From the NCBI GenBank assembly GCA_021785495.1, contig JAJYFB010000001.1, forward strand, positions 9,891-73,890: a stretch of 64,000 nucleotides of DNA. Direction: 5' to 3'. This document shows, piece by piece, positions 58,627 through 64,000 of the stretch. The position numbers were made by a program, and so were the translations under genes. The notes beneath the pieces are model-generated. The model did not search any database. It was not told the origin of the DNA and saw only the letters and a program-made list of their open reading frames with translations. Position 1 is the first letter of the stretch. Each line of letters opens with the position of its first letter. This DNA comes from Acidobacteriota bacterium. Lineage in GTDB: Bacteria; Acidobacteriota; Terriglobia; Terriglobales; Acidobacteriaceae.

Positions 58627-58857
58627 AAAGGATAGTTGTCAGTTGTCAGCAAATTCGTTGTCAGCGGACGGGTTGCTGCCGTTTTTACGCCGATCCATTC
58701 CGCTTCGTTTCCTGCCGATGACGGCCTAACTCCGCTTTCTTTCTTAGTTTACCGGACCCGCGCGGTTGCACGGGACGTGGAATGCGCCTGATCCCGGCAG
58801 AAACTGCGGCGCGCCGCCCGGCTGTGGCATTCTGAAAACAGGTTTGGAGGGTTCCCG

Positions 58858-59358
58858 ATGAAGGCCGTCAAGCAACTCGTTCTGGCTGCAATTCTGGCGC
58901 TGACCGCAGCCACCGCCGGCGCCGCCGGCCGCACCATCTATCCCGCTCCCGCGCAGGCGCGGGCCGATCTGGCCGCCGCGCTCAAAACGGCGGCCGCGAC
59001 GCATCGCCGCGTGCTTCTCGACTTTGGCGGCAACTGGTGCGGCGACTGCCAGGTGCTCGACATCTATTTTCACGACGCGACGAACCAGCCGCTTCTCGAT
59101 GCGAATTTCGTGCTGGTGGACATCAACATCGGCGAGATGGACGCCAATCTGGACCTGGCCGCGCAGTACGGCATTCCCATTCACAAGGGCGTTCCGGCGC
59201 TGGCTGTGCTGAGCGAGCGCGGCAAGCTGCTCTACAGCCAGAAAAACGGCGAGTTCGAGGCCATGCGCCGGATGCAGTCCTCCTCGGTCACGCAATTCTT
59301 GCAGCAGTGGCGGCCCAGGCGGCCGGGCTGCTCCGTCGTGGACGTGAACTGCCGGTAG
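58858..59358 (+). CDS. Secreted thioredoxin-fold protein (WCGDC active site)
   Basis: Signal peptide 'LVLAAILALTAATAGAAG'. Active site 'VLLDFGGNWCGDCQVLD'. RBS GGAGGG. Confidence 0.75.
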   Translation: MKAVKQLVLAAILALTAATAGAAGRTIYPAPAQARADLAAALKTAAATHRRVLLDFGGNWCGDCQVLDIYFHDATNQPLLDANFVLVDINIGEMDANLDLAAQYGIPIHKGVPALAVLSERGKLLYSQKNGEFEAMRRMQSSSVTQFLQQWRPRRPGCSVVDVNCR

Positions 59359-59359
59359 C

Positions 59360-60838
59360 TCAATTTCCAGCCGATCCTGGGCACCGCTGGCTCGTCGCCG
59401 GCTCGGGCAGGCCCGCCAGTTCGCGCGCCGCCCGGCGGCCGAGGCGAATGCAGTCGGGCACGCCGATGCCGTCGTAGGCGTTGCCCACGAGGCGCAGCCC
59501 CGCCAGCGCGGCCAGACGCGCATGAACCCGCTCCATCCGCTGCTTGTGGCCGACGGCATACTGCGCCATGGCGCGCGGCCAGCGCGTCACCTGCGCAAAC
59601 TCCGGTTCCGCTTCAGCGGGAATCGCGCGCTCACCGAGAATCTCGCGCATCTCGCGCCGCACGGTAGCGAGGATCGTCTCGTCGCTCGTGGCCAGCAGAT
59701 CGTCGCGCTTCATGCCGCCCAGAAAGGCGCGAAAGACGGCCTTGCCGGGCGGCGTGCGGCCCAGAAATTTGCGGTGCGCGAAGGTGCAGGCCAGCATGGA
59801 GCGGCCCTCGACGGCCGGAACCAGAAAGCCGAAGCCCTCCGGCAGCGAACCGATCCGCGCCTCGTCGTAGACCAGATTAACGGTGATCGACGAGGAATAA
59901 GGAATGCCGGCGAGTTCGTCCGCCAGCGCGGCATCGACCCGGGTGAGCAGTTGGGCCGCGGCCCAGGCCGGCGTGGCCAGAATCAGCGCGTCAAACTCCT
60001 CGGCCGCGCCGGCGCCCCCATCACCTGTGATTTCTACACGCCAGCCTTGCGGAGTCCTGGCGAGGGCGGCAATGGGCGCGGACGTGCGCCGGCTCGCCGG
60101 ATCAAGCCGCGCAACGAGCGCGTCGACCAACTGCTGCATTCCGCCGCGCAGCGCGGTAAAGATCGCCCTTCCGCCTGCGCCTTGCGGAGCGTTTTTCGCC
60201 ATGGCGCGCATTTTGCGGTGCGCGGCCAACATGCCGCGGGTCAGCGAGCCGTACTGCGCTTCCATCTCAACCATGCGCGTCAGCACGGTTTGCGCACTCA
60301 GCTCGGTGGCGTCGCCGCCGTAGATGCCGCTCAGCAGCGGATCGGCGAGGCGATCGACGGCCTCGCGGCCGAAGTGCCGCTCGACGAGCGCGGCCACGGA
60401 TTCGTCGCCGCCCGCCGGACGCGGCGGATGCAGCAGCTCCATCGCCATGCGCAGCTTGGTGCGCAGGCTGAAGAGCGGCGTCAACGCCGTCGGCACGAGC
60501 CGCGTGGGCACCAGAAACATCAGCCCATCGGGCAGCGGGACAAGGCGATTGCGCGTAACGATGTACGTTTTGCGCGCGGCGTCGTTCGAGGGGATCAGCG
60601 CATCGCCGAGGCCGAGTGCGCGGCAGAGCTCGGCAGCGGCCGGTTTTTCGGTGAGGAACGAGTCGGGACCGCGTTCGAGCACCGCGCCGCCGACGGTCTG
60701 CGAGGCCAGCGATCCGCCCAGCCGAGCGCGCTCCTCGAAAAGCGTCCATGTGACGGCGGCTCCAGCCAAACGCGCCGTTTCCAGTTCATAGGCAGCGGCC
60801 AAACCCGCGATGCCGCCGCCAACGATTGCAATCCGCAT
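59360..60838 (-). CDS. hemY: FAD-dependent protoporphyrinogen/coproporphyrinogen oxidase (HemY/CgoX type)
   Basis: ATG at 60838 gives 'MRIAIVGGGIAGLAAAYELE'. The C-terminal motif is 'LVGNAYDGIGVPDCIRLG'. Confidence 0.85.
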   Translation of the reverse strand: MRIAIVGGGIAGLAAAYELETARLAGAAVTWTLFEERARLGGSLASQTVGGAVLERGPDSFLTEKPAAAELCRALGLGDALIPSNDAARKTYIVTRNRLVPLPDGLMFLVPTRLVPTALTPLFSLRTKLRMAMELLHPPRPAGGDESVAALVERHFGREAVDRLADPLLSGIYGGDATELSAQTVLTRMVEMEAQYGSLTRGMLAAHRKMRAMAKNAPQGAGGRAIFTALRGGMQQLVDALVARLDPASRRTSAPIAALARTPQGWRVEITGDGGAGAAEEFDALILATPAWAAAQLLTRVDAALADELAGIPYSSSITVNLVYDEARIGSLPEGFGFLVPAVEGRSMLACTFAHRKFLGRTPPGKAVFRAFLGGMKRDDLLATSDETILATVRREMREILGERAIPAEAEPEFAQVTRWPRAMAQYAVGHKQRMERVHARLAALAGLRLVGNAYDGIGVPDCIRLGRRAARELAGLPEPATSQRCPGSAGN

Positions 60839-61141
60839 TCCCGACCCCCACTCCATCTTGCCAGAAAGGCGTGATGCGGCGCTCGCAAGCAGGGAAATCC
60901 GGCAGAATGGGCACGGCGCTCCGGGGATTGCGGCGAGGTTCGAGACTACGCGGCAAGGTCTTCCGGCAGCTCGATCCGATGGAACGGCTCGACCATGGAT
61001 TCCAGACCGCGATGCACCCCTCGGCCTTATCGGCGCAAAGCGGAGGATGCTGAAGCTGGCGACGATGAGAGCCCCGGGCGAAAGTCCATTTCGGAGCGCG
61101 CGGCGCAGCGGTCAAGACCGCTGCGCAAAATCGCAAGAAGA

Positions 61142-61257
61142 CAGGGCAAACGCATTGCAGCTTGCGGGATGATTTTGTTTGGAAAGGGCGCGGCTTCAGC
61201 CGTGCCCTTTCCAAGCTGTTCCGGACGGCAATGCGAAATCCAAATGCGTTTGCCCTG
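61142..61257. mobile_element. 116-bp MITE, family 1
   Basis: 'cagggcaaacgcatt...aaatgcgtttgccctg' are 15-bp TIRs. The central hairpin is ggaaagggcgcggc-ttca-gccgtgccctttcc. Flanking 9-mers are CGCAAGAAG and CGCAGGAAG. Its reverse complement aligns end to end with 13164..13279. Confidence 0.75.
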
Positions 61258-61367
61258 CGCAGGAAGGCGCTGGAACAGACGACGAACTCATTGAACATTT
61301 AGAATAAAAGTTGCTGCGATTTTCACATCGCTCGCGCCAGGCGGGCGGGAAAGCTTGTTATTTCTCT

Positions 61368-63227
<1,860 letters not shown>

Positions 63228-63352
63228 CTTTCCGCTTGGAGTGCTGGCCGAGCTCTCAATTTCAGCCTTGGATGGCCGTCGCTTATCAAGGTAAGAACAG
63301 CCAGGGGCAAGAACAGCTAGGAGCTGGAAGCTAGCGGCTAGGAGCTATCTTT

Positions 63353-64000
63353 ATGGCGTTACGCATCCGGATTCGCCGGCCCGCATCGGGGCATTCCCTG
63401 CGGGCGCGAATTCTGACGATTGCGCTGGGTTGCTGCGCCGCCGTGGCGCTGGCGGGCGCCTGCGTATTTACCTATCTCTACATCGAGTACACGAAGATTG
63501 TGGATGCGCGGCTCAAGGAGCCGCTCTTTGCCGATACGGCCAAGATCTACGCCGCGCCGCGCGAGGTGCGGCCGGGACAAAAGCTGAGCGTTCAACTGAT
63601 CGCCAGCGAGCTGCGCGAGGCCGGCTACACGGAGGACGGCGCTTCGCAGCCCTCGCCGATGGGCGTCTTCAGCGAGGGCGTGCGGCAGATTGCCGTGCGG
63701 CCCGGTCCGCAGTCCTACCACGCGCCGGAGAACGCGACCATCCACATTGCCGGCGGAGTGGTGAGTTCGATCAACGACGACCACGGGCAGCCGCTCACCA
63801 GCTACGAACTCGAACCGCTGCTCATCACCGGCCTGAGCGAAGACCGCAGCCGCACCAAGCGGCGGCTGCTGACTTACGACGAGATTCCGCCCAGCCTGGT
63901 TCATGCCGTGATCGCCATCGAAGACCGACGATTTTACGAGCACAGCGGCATCGATTACTGGCGCATCCTGGGCGCGATGCGCAACGATGTCTTCCATCTG
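63353..64000 (+). CDS. Penicillin-binding protein 1A family (transglycosylase domain); the 3' end runs off the window
   Basis: My own translation from ATG 63353 (AGGAG 8 nt upstream) gives MALRIRIRRPASGHSLRARILTIALGCCAAVALAGACVF (TM helix). It continues to '...YDEIPPSLVHAVIAIEDRRFYEHSGIDYWRILGA'. The listed minus-strand ORF 63359..63997 is its shadow. Confidence 0.85.
   Translation, partial: MALRIRIRRPASGHSLRARILTIALGCCAAVALAGACVFTYLYIEYTKIVDARLKEPLFADTAKIYAAPREVRPGQKLSVQLIASELREAGYTEDGASQPSPMGVFSEGVRQIAVRPGPQSYHAPENATIHIAGGVVSSINDDHGQPLTSYELEPLLITGLSEDRSRTKRRLLTYDEIPPSLVHAVIAIEDRRFYEHSGIDYWRILGAMRNDVFHL

Noticed and set aside
58634-58665. Three copies of GTTGTCAG just upstream of obg (CTGACAAC on the minus strand), a possible operator or -35 array.
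   Set aside because: The repeats are short (8 bp) with irregular spacing (8 and 16 nt). I see no associated palindrome or -10 element at a sensible distance, so this could be chance.

Overview
The window is a high-GC bacterial chromosome segment (about mid-60s % by eye). My guess is Acidobacteriota (Terriglobia-like), from the CarboxypepD_reg-type TonB receptor, the many secreted glycosidases and a characteristic GC-rich hairpin repeat. This is an inference, not a database result.

Most of it is housekeeping:
- tig-clpP-(small coiled-coil gene)-clpX
- topA, rpmE, clpC, obg, proS, hemY-type oxidase, dus, a PBP1A fragment, pilD, comF

Accessory content:
- a czcCBA-type metal-efflux operon with a 4 x 17-bp tandem repeat in its promoter region
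- a GH3/PA14 glycosidase
- a coiled-coil-stalked porin
- an eight-gene lipid tailoring/export operon (30.0-38.9 kb) that includes a COG1964/Tes-like radical SAM enzyme
- a ~1-kb low-GC islet (43.9-44.9 kb) with a minimal HEPN protein and an unassignable partner
- a membrane-anchored wHTH regulator whose extracytoplasmic domain is a GH16 fold with a degenerate catalytic motif
- an orphan cydB beside a radical SAM/SPASM gene and a tandem-USP gene
- two small MITE families with terminal inverted repeats and target-site duplications

I recognised no rRNA, tRNA or CRISPR array by eye. My best candidates for an undescribed system are the lipid operon, the HEPN islet and the GH16-like one-component sensor. 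All functional calls rest on motif recognition from translated sequence. No searches were run. The ORF track prints M for TTG/GTG starts, so several starts were re-picked by hand and remain uncertain.
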